64,000 bases of DNA from Octopus sinensis (taxonomy: Eukaryota): positions 151,528,001 to 151,592,000 of the forward strand of contig NC_042997.1 of the NCBI RefSeq assembly GCF_006345805.1, given 5' to 3'. Of this stretch, positions 15,395 to 28,221 are shown in pieces. A model generated the notes under the pieces. It did no database searches. It had not been told where the DNA came from and saw nothing but the letters and a program-made list of their open reading frames with translations. Position numbers and translations under genes: made by a program. Position 1 is the first letter of the stretch. Each line of letters begins with the position of its first letter.

Positions 15395-16089
15395 GCTACA
15401 TAACGAGGCAAAGGATGATCAGTATTGGGCCATAGCACTATTCAATGTTAAGTGACCTGGAAGCGAAACAAAATATGTACTACTAGAGTTAGCCTATGGA
15501 AAATATTAATGGTAACGTCCCGACTGTTAGAAATTGTCGTCTAAATTGTTTCCGTAAATGAGAAAATGAAATAGTCGTTTCCTACATATGGTCAGTAATT
15601 CTGTAAAGAATGATTTATTGCTGAAATTATATTCTGGGAGAAAGCCACAAATTATTGTGTGACGTTCGTGTCATTCTCTAGAGCATAAGTGACGTTAAGC
15701 GCGATTAAATGGCTACCATTTAGAGTAGAAGTAAGGCTGTAAAGTTTATGGGATTGTTTGTAATACACTGCACTGGCGAAAAGAAATCAGCAGTGAATTG
15801 TAACACGAAGCAAAAGTTCTTCTTGACGATAATATCGTTCAACCACTGGACAATTCTGGGTGAAAAAGATATGGTCATAATCTTCCCAGACACGGTCTAA
15901 CCATCTTACTTTCAAATAATGTTTCCAAGATTAATTTACCCAAAGTTTCCATCGTAATTTCTTTAATTTTTAAAGATGGTACAATGTGGTTTTACTGGAA
16001 CTTGACTGTTGTATCTAGCAGGATATGCCTCCTCATAAGAGATTTCTTATTCGCTCATTAAGTACTATCTTTGAGTATTTCTATTTTCA

Positions 16090-16472
16090 GTTACAAGACT
16101 GCGGCCATGTTAAAGCATCACCTTGAAGAATTTTCTGTAGCTTATTAATTATTCTATCCATTTCTTTGCTGAACTGCTAAGTTACGAGGACCTAAACACA
16201 ACGCACCAACACCAGTTGTCAAGCAGAGGTGGAGGACAAACGCCGACACAAAGATACACATCCATATACACATACACACACCCACAAGCATATACGCACA
16301 CACACTTACGTACACACACATAGATATACAACAGGCTTCTGTCCTATTCTGTCTACCAAATCCACTCACATGGCTTTGGTCTGACCGAATCTATAGTAGA
16401 AGACACTTTACCAAGGTGACACACAGTGAGACTGAACCCAGAACCATGTGGATGGGAAATAAGCTTCTTACA
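16090..16472 (-). mobile_element. tRNA/CORE-like SINE, near full length, degraded
   Basis: Reverse complement aligns along its length to 44741-45250, including the head (ctgaacccagaaccatgtgg...cacgcagccac) and the internal CA/TA tract. Confidence 0.85.
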
Positions 16473-16859
16473 CGCAGCCACGACTGCACCTGTAGTGAGG
16501 ATCTTATATTGGTCGAACACCTCCAATGGACGACTGAGTCATGTTTTAAAGACACTGATTCAGCAATTTAACTCCGTTAACGTTTCATATCACCACATTC
16601 ACAAAAAAATTTGAGTACTGTGATACGCAGACACGCACACGATACACACAAACATATACACATGCATACCTCTATACGAAACAAAACAGCCATTTATATT
16701 GGTAAACGTATATACAGATTTATAAAAACACATTCACTTTTATACATGTGTACCGGTGTTTCGAATTCTGTTAGTTTATATAATAAACACTGTAGTGGTT
16801 CGATAAACAGAGGTTGATAAAATAATTTGCCGACTGAAAATAATTACTGGTTTTAATAA

Positions 16860-17025
16860 ACTCTAGAGGTTTATAGACGAAGACAGGTGGTGTACACAAC
16901 AAACAGATGTATTAGTTCAACGCTCGGAAAGTGAAAAGTCTTTAACGTTTCGAGCCTACGCTCTTCCACAGGAACAGAGAAAGAAACAAGGAGAGAAAAT
17001 AAAGAACGTGTAGTGGCTAGCGATA
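16860..17025 (-). mobile_element. PLE-type terminal repeat with hammerhead-like motif (16974-16940)
   Basis: Reverse complement of 61483-61665. Minus strand reads ttc-CTGTGGA-a-gagc-gtag-gctc-GAAA-cg-tt-aaag. Confidence 0.7.
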
Positions 17026-17257
17026 TATGTATAAAGGTATATATATATATATACGGTTATGGGAGGTAATGCTGTCAGTAAGACCCAAAGGTGTCAGGTA
17101 ATGCTGAGTAAGTGCTATGGATAGATTATATTTAAGCTCCAGGTTTGGTAATTATGTGAATGAGTTCAACGTACGCCATATATCAGCGTGTGTATATTTA
17201 AATTTCTTTTCAGAATGAGATGAAAATCTAAGTCTGTGAAGATTTTAGAACATTTAT

Positions 17258-17312
17258 AAATAGGCTTACAGCTGTTTCTAGGATATTTATTATATCCCTT
17301 CATCGGAGACGG
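17258..17312 (-). ncRNA. degenerate minimal hammerhead motif downstream of a PLE
   Basis: cgtct-CCGATGA-a-gggatat-aataa-atatcct-a-GAAA-cagctg-TA-agcc. Helix II is 7 bp, helix III is the palindrome ACAGCTGT, and the core has a U4->C change. Confidence 0.5.
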
Positions 17313-18006
17313 TGTGAGAAAATGGTTAAGCAATAGTTAATTTAGATATGATACGAAATAGAGAGTGAAGTCGAGGAATGAAAATAGATGTAAGATATGC
17401 AGGGATATTGCATTTGTAGATCCATTATTTAGGCTGAATGGTATAAATATAAGATTCCAATAACTTGTAAGTAAAATCCAATAGCATCTAAAATTGGTCA
17501 TTCCAAGTATAGAGTTTGCACACAGTGCTATTGAATCAAGGGTTTTATTTAAAGTGACATAAAAGTAGGGAATGTATGTGTAAGATCAAATCGAAAACAG
17601 GAAGAGAGGAATAAAGAAAAGAGAAAAAGAGAAGAAAAAAGAAAAAAAAACAGGAAGAGAGAAATAAAGAAGGGAAGAAAAAAGAAAAAAGAAAAGCAAG
17701 GATAGAGATAATAAAGGAAAGTGTACCAGTTAGTAGTCAGTCAAGATAATTTGAAAGTAGGAATGGGGAGATGAGGGAGATAAAGAGAGAAAGATATTAG
17801 AGTCTAAAAATATAGAAGGAATAGGGGTGATAAAGGTATAAAAAGTATCAATTATGCAGTGATAGAGTCTAAGTGATTGGTCAGAGATAGGAGTAGTAGT
17901 ATGGAATGAAGAATTTAGGAATATAGATTAGGTGGTTGGACAGGTCAGTGCTTAGTAGTAGAAGAAAATATATATGTGAAGATGTATACATATGTATATA
18001 TTAGAC

Positions 18007-18083
<77 letters not shown>

Positions 18084-18419
18084 CAGATATTTATACAAAT
18101 GAATATCAACATATACAACTCGTACTCATGTGTATATTTACACATGCACACCCATATACTTGTATCTGTATGTATTATTGCCCCTTTGTACGCAGGTATA
18201 CATACCTTGCATACATACATACATTCACACATACATACATATATACATGCACGCATACACACACATACATATACACGCACATATGCATGCACGCATATAC
18301 ACACGAATATAATTATATTCGAGTATAAGTGAGGAAGTAGATAGGGATTAAGAATTAAAATGTAGACTTATAAGGTTATTGGGATTCCTTAAGGGGTATT
18401 GTGGAAATATACTGTATGG

Positions 18420-19480
18420 TCGTTTAGGCATTTGGATTTTTGGTAGAATCTGAATGTGTGAAAAACGCGGTGGTTGCATGTGCTTAGTGTCTCATTATGT
18501 TATTTAGCAGTGCTGGAGAGGTGTGCTTTAATATGTGAAGCGCCTCCATCAGGCAAATTTTGCAGGTTGAGCGTTGACCTCGGTAGGGAATCCCTGAGTC
18601 CATTATGGACCATGATAGAGTTTAGAGATGATGTATGTGGTTGGTGAGTGTTGTAGATTTACTATGTTTATCGTAAGAATGGAGTTGAGCGACATATCGT
18701 CGCTTAACATTTTTGGTTGATCCTATGTACATGGCTGTAGATTTGTGTAATAGATTAAGGACAGTGCATTTGTAAACTACATTATATCTTCTGCAGTGGG
18801 TTTGAAACGGGCAAATTGTTCCAGGACGGCAATTGCAATTAGGTGAATTTTGGGGACTATGCTCAGGAATAGAGGAGGTAATATCGTCAGAGGAGAGGTT
18901 AGAGAAGGGGGTAGAAGATTCTATATTATTAGTATTATTAACGTTATCATTACGATCATTGGTATTATTACTATTTCTGTTATTAATTTTATTATTTGTA
19001 AGGGTGGTAGAGATTCCGATGGTGTTCCGGGTAGTGTCAGTAGGATGGGTTGGGTTGCGGTTGTGGTCTAATGTAAGGGTATCTGTGCTGGAGCTGTGTG
19101 TGTGATGAGTGTTCGTATGACTAGAGTTGTAGTTATGTGAGTTTTGATAGTAAAGAGAAAACTTTTGCTTATTAGATGCTGCTAAAAATAGATTCGAAGT
19201 TGGGTGAGGTAGAATAAGATAGTTTCAGGGTGGATCGATTAAAGATAGAATGATATTTATGTTGCCGGGGAAAGTTAGAGTCTGATATTATAAAGAAAGA
19301 TTTAGCTAAGTTCATAACGTTAAGCGAGAATGGTGGTGTGTCCATCGCTTTTTCAGGGGGTCTGGGAGTAATGCTATGTTTTTAGATAAAGGAGTGCTAT
19401 CTATATACTTGGAGAAGGTATGTGGGTGACGAGGCTTGTTATTGTTAGCTGTTTTAATTGTTTATATATGTATGTGTGTG
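18420..19480 (-). pseudogene. Penelope-like element 3' part: RT-EN linker plus GIY-YIG endonuclease, degraded
   Basis: Minus strand: TPPFSLNVMNLAKSF...NFPRQHKYHSIFNRSTLKLSYS (19340-19205). Then NCNCRPGTICPFQTHC..YNVVYKCTV...AMYIGSTK...STTLTNHI...WSIMDSGIPY...CKICLMEALHIL...LLN (18840-18480). This is the typical PLE Cys-linker and GIY-YIG pattern. Confidence 0.88.
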
Positions 19481-19796
19481 TAAGATACATATATAGGATA
19501 GCGAATATTCTTTAAAAATATCACCACCAGTGGCCTAGCATGTATAAAGTCAATAGACAACATATTCTTAATATAAAATAGTGTACATTTAGACACAAGA
19601 GAAAATTTCCCTTTAACAGGTAATTTTTACACGCTGGAAGAAGCAGCCAAAACGACCAAAACCACATTTAATAGCAATTTTCGGAGGAAATGAAAAATAA
19701 AAACTTTTACATTGTCATTTGTTTTGCGGTTATACCTAGGTTTCAAATTTCTTTAGCAAATAGCATAATCTGCTAGGCGATTGCACAAGTCCGGGC

Positions 19797-20195
<399 letters not shown>

Positions 20196-20374
20196 AATAT
20201 ATATACGTGTATATATATATGTGTGTGTGTTTGTGTGTGTATGTATGCATGTATGTATATATGCATGTATATATATCCACTTTGTCACATCGGATTACTA
20301 GAATTTATTATGTTAATCGAAAAAAGAATCTACTGCATCGAGAGAATATGGTTTTCAGTATGTATTCCGACTAC

Positions 20375-20530
20375 TTATGTTTTAAGTTCAAAACCCGCCG
20401 ACGTAAGCTTTCGCTTTTATATTTCGAAGTGAGTGGATGAAATGAAGTACTAATCAAGTACTACAGTCAACCTGATCGACAATCACCTCCACTCAAAATT
20501 GCGGAATTCGTGACTAAATCAGAAAAAATT
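20375..20530 (+). mobile_element. very degraded Nin/Deu-domain SINE
   Basis: ttttaagttcaaaacccgccgacgtaagctttcgcttttat...gatgaaatgaagtacta loosely aligns to 39050-39150. Confidence 0.55.
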
Positions 20531-20849
20531 AATACCAATCGAACACCAAATCCCACTAGAATTCGCTGCTTTTCATCCTTACCAATGAAATGGAGTAGCA
20601 TTCACCGGGGTTGGTGGAACCCACTAAAACACTTCCCTCAAATTTCAAGTGTTTTGTGGGACTTCAAAGTCAGACATTGAAGTGCTAGTACTTTGTTAAA
20701 TAGTCTGTTTCTAACATAGAACATAATTCACTCCTTTGTGTGTGCTTTTTTTCCGTTTTGTTCTTTATTTGAAACTTACACGTAATCTGTTAACCACCTA
20801 CTCCCCTAACAGTTCCTTTTCTTATTCTCTCGTCTCTCTAATAGTCACT

Positions 20850-21045
20850 CCCTCTCCCGGCCTCGCTCTGTTCCTCTTTGTCTCCGTCTGTCTGTCTGTC
20901 TGTCTCCCTTTCTCTTTCGTCTTTGTCTCTGTCTGTCAGTCACACTCTCTATCTCTTCTTCCCTCCCTCTTTCTTCCTCCCTCTCTCTCCACCTTTCTTT
21001 CACTCTTTCTTTCTGTCCGTTTTTCTTTTTACTTTTTTCTTTTCG

Positions 21046-21090
<45 letters not shown>

Positions 21091-21164
21091 CCTCTAAAAA
21101 AATATATGCATATATGTGTGTGTCTGTCTGTCTATTTGTCTCTGTCTGTCTCTGTATCTGTCTA

Positions 21165-21203
<39 letters not shown>

Positions 21204-21372
21204 CTTTGCATTCACTATTTTTTCTTAGCCCTTCAATCTAATCGTAGTTTTTCCTTAACTTCAGACGCAACATCCATCTCCTATTATTTCGCTCTCTTTT
21301 ATCCTCATGTTTTCGCTTTCAACATCCCTATTCTCTTTCTTTTTATCTCCCCTTTCCAGCCATCCCATTTTA

Positions 21373-21442
<70 letters not shown>

Positions 21443-21480
21443 TTTCATCTACGTCTCGCCAACCCTCTTTCTCCATTTCT
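20850..21480. repeat. (CT)n/(GTCT)n polypyrimidine low-complexity tract
   Basis: Visible directly; source of the 258-aa S/L-rich ORF at 20736. Confidence 0.9.
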
Positions 21481-21699
21481 CTATTTCCTTTGCCCGCTCG
21501 CACCAATCATGACTCATTCTAACGAAGAGATCAGTTGCACTTGTTGCACACGCAACAGCACTGACCTGGGTGGAGATGATATTAATGGTGGCATTCCAGA
21601 TGATAGAGGGATAGAAAAGGGTGGCAGCTGATATCGCGTTGGTGGCTGCAATAGATGGGAGGGGGCTAGCGATAGATGCTAGTTATGAGTTTGTATTCG

Positions 21700-21992
21700 T
21701 TTTATTGATGTTGTCGTTGTTGCTGATGTTGTTGTTGATGTTGTTGTGATTGTTGTTGATGATGATGATGGTGATGTGTAGGGATACTGGAAGTTATGTT
21801 GTTGTTTATATTGTTGTTATTACCACATTTCTTTTTTTTTCTATTGGTATATAAACTTTAGTGGGGGTTTGTTTATTTTCTTGTTATGGTGGATGGCCGT
21901 CTTGATGGCAGTGGCGTTGGTAGCGACGGTGCTGTTGCTGCAGCTGAAGATGATGATGATGATGATGATGAGGAGGAGGAGGAGGAGGATGG

Positions 21993-22033
<41 letters not shown>

Positions 22034-22135
22034 ATGATGATGACGATCATGGTGGTGGTGGTGATGATGATGACGATGATGATGATGATGACGATGATGG
22101 TGGTGGTGATGATGATGATGATGATGATGATGATT

Positions 22136-22175
<40 letters not shown>

Positions 22176-22800
22176 CGATGATAGTGATGAGGGTAATGTT
22201 TGTGGCGTCGTATTTTTTGGTGGTGATAAGGGTAGTTGCCGTCGTGGAAAATTTGATGTTGTTGATGCTGATGTTGAGGTTGCTGGTGGTGTTCATGGTG
22301 ATTGTGGAAGAAGTAGATAATGGTAGAGAGACAATGCTGGTTGCCATCGTCGGGGAAACGGTGATGTTGATGCCGTTGGAGACGGTTTTGGTGGTAGCTT
22401 TAATAGCATTTGAGGCAAAAGCGCTTTTATTGTTGTTGTTTTTTATTCTTTAATGTAACCATGCGTCTCTGTTTTGTTGGGATTTTCTTTTTTTAATATG
22501 GTGGTTGTTGTGGTGATGGTGATGGTAATAGGGATAGTATTAGGAATGGTGGTGGTGGTGGTGGTGGTGGCATTGTTGCCTGTTCATTCATTGCTGTTTC
22601 TCTGGTTTTTTTATTTCTTGTGTGCGAGGAGAGATATTCATGACCGTTATTTTATCATGATGTTGATTTTGTTGCTGGAGGTGGTGGTGTTGGTGATGGT
22701 GGTGGTGGTGGTGATGGTGGTGGTAGTGATAATGGTGGTGGTGTTCGTGGTGGTGCTAGTGGTGGTGACGATGGTGTTTAAGGAAGGAGTTGGTTGTGGT
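21700..22800. repeat. compound trinucleotide low-complexity region (GTT, GAT, GAG, GGT)
   Basis: (GAT)n core at 21950-22185 and (GGT)n at 22540-22770; source of the poly-M, poly-D and poly-I ORFs. Confidence 0.92.
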
Positions 22801-23112
22801 GGGTCAATGGAAACAGCAGCAACTGAAGCGGTGATGGAAGTAATACATAATGTAAGAATAAGCCCTAATCCAGAATCCAAGGAAACCGTTGTAGGTCTGT
22901 ATCGGTAGCAAGTGATCCAAAGACAAAAAAATAAATATTTTGTTGATTCAGAGCGGCATTGAGTTTCCTGAGGTTGTTCTGACATATCTTTCGTTAAAAT
23001 TGATGTTTAGTCCAAATGAACCCTGCTTCACCAATACGCAAATCAGAGGCATTCCTGTTGTGACGATCTCCCCCTTTACACAGACACACACACCCTTGTA
23101 TAAATATGTATG

Positions 23113-23189
<77 letters not shown>

Positions 23190-23809
23190 TATTGTGTATG
23201 TATGTGTGTTTATATATATAACACCTTTAGTTCATATAAGTGATATTTATTATTATATATAATTTAAACATTAATTTTCTTCTTATATTTCACATTCACT
23301 AGATATATATATTTTCCAAGTCTATATCGTTTTATTTAATATACATATAGTCATATACTTCTCATTTATTAGGTTTTCTTTCCTTTATTCCTCCTTTTTA
23401 GGCTACCTGTGACGTTATATCCTATAACGTTTTATTTTAAACAATCTTAATAGCGTTCAGTTAATCACTATACATATCCATCATTTTCTGTTAATATCTT
23501 ATTGACGAGTTTCATTTCTTCACTTCTCTGAAGAGAAGATTACATTGTTTTATAGCATTTTATTCCTTTGGAATAATACCAGTGATATCTTCGAAACATA
23601 TGTCGGAAGTAAAAGAATTTGAATAACACCTGCATTTAACTTCTTTATTTATTTATATATATTATACAAAATATTTCACATAAACCTGAAGTTTTTACCT
23701 TTAAAAACAAGGAGTTACAACCTTTTTACTAGTGTGATGTTTTGCTACCCTGGTAACTATTTATGTATTTTTCCATGTTAATTGTTAACAAGGGGAAAAT
23801 TCACACATG

Positions 23810-23926
<117 letters not shown>

Positions 23927-24659
23927 TATATACACACATATACATATGTGTATGTGTGTATGTGTGTATGTGTGTCGGTTTTCTAACGGTTACTGAAATC
24001 TGTCAGAAGCGTTCCTGTAGTGATCTCACGAATTTCGTTCCGGACATCCCAATGAGAAGTGCGTGAGGATGGTCATATCTTCAGCTCATGTGTGTTGGCA
24101 CATCCGTAGCGCTGCTACCAAGTAATGTATTATATATGCAGTTTTTTTTTACATATAACGTCTTGTTGCGTATGTATGTATATATATCTATATATATATA
24201 TATGTGTGTGTGTGTGTATCAAGGACTGCATTTTTAACGTATCTTTCCCATTTCTGGTATTAAAAAGGTAGTGATTTCAGAGGAAATTAGTGGGTCTCTT
24301 CTAAGAAGATCGAGTAACCATGTTGGAATTTCTTACTTGACTCATGTGGCATTTTTGTTGGTTTTCTTAATGGTTAAATATTGATGAAAGGTATTCCGTT
24401 CGGTGCCAAGTCATATTTTTGTTGGCTGCAAATATTTCAAAACCAGATTATTTAAACCTTCAATTTTATTTTGTAAGAAACGATGTAATATCTTGAAAAT
24501 GTGGCCGTTCTTTCTTGGTGACTGAATGACTGTGTAAAAATCCCTTTTCAGTCTCATTGGCAGCGTTATAGTTAAGGTTGGATCGGTTGGCATTGTTAGA
24601 TTTGGTTTTGATGAATGTATAATGGCAAAATATAGTTACTCATTGGTAGGTACAATGAA

Positions 24660-24703
24660 TAGTGTAGTAGTGGCAGAAGCAGCAGCAGCAGCAGCAGCAG
24701 CAA

Positions 24704-24752
<49 letters not shown>

Positions 24753-24852
24753 GGTGGTGGTGGTGGTGGTGGTGGTTGTCGTCGTCGTGGTAGTGGTTGT
24801 AGAGGTGGTGGTGGCAGTAGTTGTAGTAGTAGTAGTAGTAGTTGTTGTTGTT
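24660..24852. repeat. (GCA)n(GTA)n(GTG)n(GTT)n compound triplet repeat
   Basis: Visible directly. Confidence 0.92.
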
Positions 24853-25000
24853 TAGCCCTAGGCCGGCCTTGACCGAGCAGCCCTATGCTCAATAGAATTC
24901 CAGCTGTTATCATATTACCATGCCACATTTTGCGGAGTGTCTTATTTTACCCTGGAGGATATAGTTTGTGAGGTGTTTGGTTGCTATTTCTGGCAGGCTA
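24841..25000 (-). mobile_element. short (AAC)n-tailed retroposon remnant
   Basis: Minus strand has ccagaaatagcaaccaaac and ends ggctaaacaacaacaac. The same motifs recur at 58880-59062 (+), and partly at 25790-25890, 15240-15300 and 7760-7830. Confidence 0.55.
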
Positions 25001-26938
25001 TAGGACGAGGTATTTGTTTTTGTTGAGTCACAGTTGGGCGCTAAGATTAAGTAAACCTTTGATAAAAGGCATTCCGCAAGTGACAAACCTGTCTGACGAT
25101 GGCGGTGTTGTTGAGAAATATTGTCAGTCTTGTTTATACGTAGGTCAGCCCATGATCAAGTACATGTTTGATCAAAAGCATTCTATCCACGACCACTCGC
25201 CTTTTGTACAGCTTAGAGCACATAGAATTTCAGTATCCGGTATGTTTTTCTTTTCTTAAAACAATAGTATTTATATTGAGGAATATATTTCTGTTATGTC
25301 TAGCCAAACCAAAATACGGCATTGGCGACGAGAGGTAGTGATGTTTTGAGTGATAGTGGAGGAGGGTGATATTGATACTTGTGGTGGTAGTGGCAGTCGT
25401 GGGTGAGTGGGTGATGCAGATAACTGTAAGAATAAATGAAATTTGGATAAGAAACCCCAGAGACAATCGCATACAACTTTATAAGAAATTAGAGAAATTA
25501 AATTTGTGTACTTTTTTTTTTTATATTTCAATCTGGATTTAGAAAATACAATGTAAATATGTTTACAATTCTAACAAGTTCTGTGTCTCTTTATTTTATA
25601 GTCTAAAAAAATATTCAGATTTTTTTTTTACTTAGATAATCTTAAAAGAATCTATTTTTTTTTCTTCTTGTTGTTGTTTTGAGAGTTGCGCAGTAGAGTC
25701 GAGAAAACAACGAGCCACATATGTGAGATGTTACATCACCTGATTTAACACCGCCACAAGGCAATAAGAGAATCTAAACAAGATCAATCAACATGCTAAA
25801 AATAGCAGCTAAATGGTTGTCATAATACACCCTATATTCTTCTGTATTAAAATAAGTACCGATAATGTTGTCTGGATAATGTAGTCCCAAGTAAATATTT
25901 CTAAAATGTGAAACTAAGTGCTCCACATTGCTCATCACCTCTTTATTCAGCTCAAGAGTAAAAAAACAAAGTGAATATTATCAACGTGGTCGTTTGACAT
26001 GTCTGAGAAAATAAACAACCAAATCACGCACTACCGGTTCAGAAAACAATGACACAATAAATAATTTGATCTTTGGTGTATTTTACCTAGGAAAAGAAGT
26101 GATAAACATAGAATTCCTTTGATCACACGTTTACCTAGTAGTTGTTAACCTAGGGCTGATAATCAGAATTACACCAAGGAATACATAAATGTTGTGCGGC
26201 GTGTTGATGCTTTTCTGATGCCGTTCGTAGGCATCGACCCAAAACTTTCAATCAACAAATGCGGATCTCTTTCCCAAAATATTCTTCCAATATTCATCAC
26301 TCTTACATTAGAAGGATAATTTAATAATCTAGTACTTGATATGCTGTCGGAATATAAGGTAGGGGAATCAAAGCAGGAATCTCACTGACTATATATATTT
26401 TGGTTTAAACATCAAATTTCAAACACACACACTAACACACACGCGCGCGCGCACACACACATACACATTCGAGTTAAGCGCCACCTGTTTATCTGTGTCC
26501 CTGACTGGAGATTATATTATCGGAAATATTTGTATCAGCCTAAACAATATATTAAACAATTTGAATCTCTACGCTTCTATTCCAGATTCTGATCTTTAGA
26601 TATCGGGATTAGTCTAAAGTCTGAGCCGAAATGCAAGTAAAACATAAATAAAGTGTGACCTCACAAGGTCGTAGTTTCGATTCAAAATGAGTTTTGTTCT
26701 TGAGCAAACCACTTCATTTCAAGTTGCTCAGCGAAGATGTCATTGTCTGACATGTAGCACAACGTGGACATTGGTACACGATAGTAATCGGAAGGAGTGA
26801 GTGAACTCAAGTGCAGCACAAACATTTGTTTTTTCTATAAACAAATCATCTGTGCAAGTTCAGCAAGTAATAGCGGGAACTTCAATTGTAGTTTAGGTCA
26901 GGAAATCCTCCATACATATCTCTCTCTGTCCCTCTCTG

Positions 26939-26985
<47 letters not shown>

Positions 26986-27006
26986 CTCTCTCTATATATA
27001 TATATA

Positions 27007-27182
27007 CCGGAGTAAACACATAAATGTGAAACAAGGTGGAAAAAAGAGTACTCAAATACCAGTGGTAGAGTGATATGCTTTATTTAAAGCAGCAGAAAAT
27101 TCAACAAAACCTGTTACTCTGAGTTTCCCGTTGCCGACTCAGAGTAACAAGTTTTGTTGAATTTTCTGCTGCTTTAAATAAA

Positions 27183-27183
<1 letters not shown>
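27007..27183. mobile_element. PLE-type terminal repeat with 47-bp hairpin
   Basis: Same family as 1691-1845. Arms 27078-27124 and 27137-27183 are reverse complements with 1 mismatch, around the 12-nt loop ttcccgttgccg. Confidence 0.8.
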
Positions 27184-27219
<36 letters not shown>

Positions 27220-27375
27220 AAAGTTTGTTTGTGAAAGCACGTGGGTGAATATATAAGAAAATAGTAAAGAGTGAAAAAACGACAGAAGGCTTAAATGTTA
27301 AAGAATATATATATTGCGTCAATATGTCTGGAGAATATTGAAAAAATTTTTTCCCTTCTTATAATGACATATATA

Positions 27376-27427
<52 letters not shown>

Positions 27428-27492
27428 CATGTTGTTCTGTCTTACTAGATTATTTTATAATTAGCCTTTATTTATTTGTAAAATTAATCTAA

Positions 27493-27864
27493 TTCTTCTT
27501 TAAAGAGGGACAGAAATTCAAGATCAAATCTAACTTTACTTGTGCCTCTGAAAACATAATTTATGTCATAAAATGCTCGGGCTGCCACCAAGACTACGTG
27601 GGGTCCACGGGACTATCACTCAGACGTAGATGCACACTGCATCGACAACAGATTGCATTCCCAGAATATAGAATGATACCTTTTAGTGAGCACATTGAGA
27701 AATGCGCAAAGCAACTACAACCACAATTTTTAATCTTTCCATTTTACCAATGTGCTTTCGGATCATCAACACAAATTAGACTAAATAAGGAAACATTCTT
27801 CATTGAAAAGTACAAACCCAGACTCAACTATCCAAACATAATAATACAGAGAAATTCACACTAA
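27493..27864 (+). CDS. PLE GIY-YIG endonuclease domain (open frame, no own start; 5'-truncated retroelement ORF)
   Basis: Uninterrupted FFFKEGQKFKIKSNFTCASENIIYVIKCSGCHQDYVGSTGLSLRRRCTLHRQQI...SEHIEKC...FLIFPFYQC...RLNKETFFIEKYKPRLN. IIY/YVG motifs and conserved R, H, E, N residues are all present. Confidence 0.85.
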   Translation, partial: FFFKEGQKFKIKSNFTCASENIIYVIKCSGCHQDYVGSTGLSLRRRCTLHRQQIAFPEYRMIPFSEHIEKCAKQLQPQFLIFPFYQCAFGSSTQIRLNKETFFIEKYKPRLNYPNIIIQRNSH

Positions 27865-28000
27865 GAGAAAAAGGAAAAAAAAAAGTTTTATGCGATTATC
27901 TCCCTTACACCGGAAGAAATCACGCACTACCTTCCCTTATTTAGAACTCTCCGTAGCAAAAACACAAGGATAACGCTATTAAAGTTAAACATTACGTCGC

Positions 28001-28039
28001 AAGAAATTTGAAGAGCTAAATGCGAAACTGGTCTTTCTT
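28001..28039 (+). ncRNA. minimal type-I hammerhead ribozyme motif (U3 variant)
   Basis: aagaaa-t-TTGAAGA-gc-taaat-gc-GAAA-ctg-GTC-tttctt. Helix I aagaaa/tttctt, 2-bp helix II, self-complementary ACUGGU in place of helix III, GUC triplet at 28031-28033. Confidence 0.6.
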
Positions 28040-28178
28040 TAAAAATTATAAAATTATGTCATTATAAGAAGGGAAAAAATTTTTTCCAATATTCTCCAGA
28101 CATATTGACGCAGATATATATATTCTTTAACATTTAAGCCTTCTGTCGTTTTTTCACTCTTTACTATTTTCTTTTTTT

Positions 28179-28221
<43 letters not shown>

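Noticed and set aside
20736-21512. Longest ORF in the track (258 aa)
   Set aside because: It runs through (CT)n/(GTCT)n tracts, giving S/L/F/V low complexity only.
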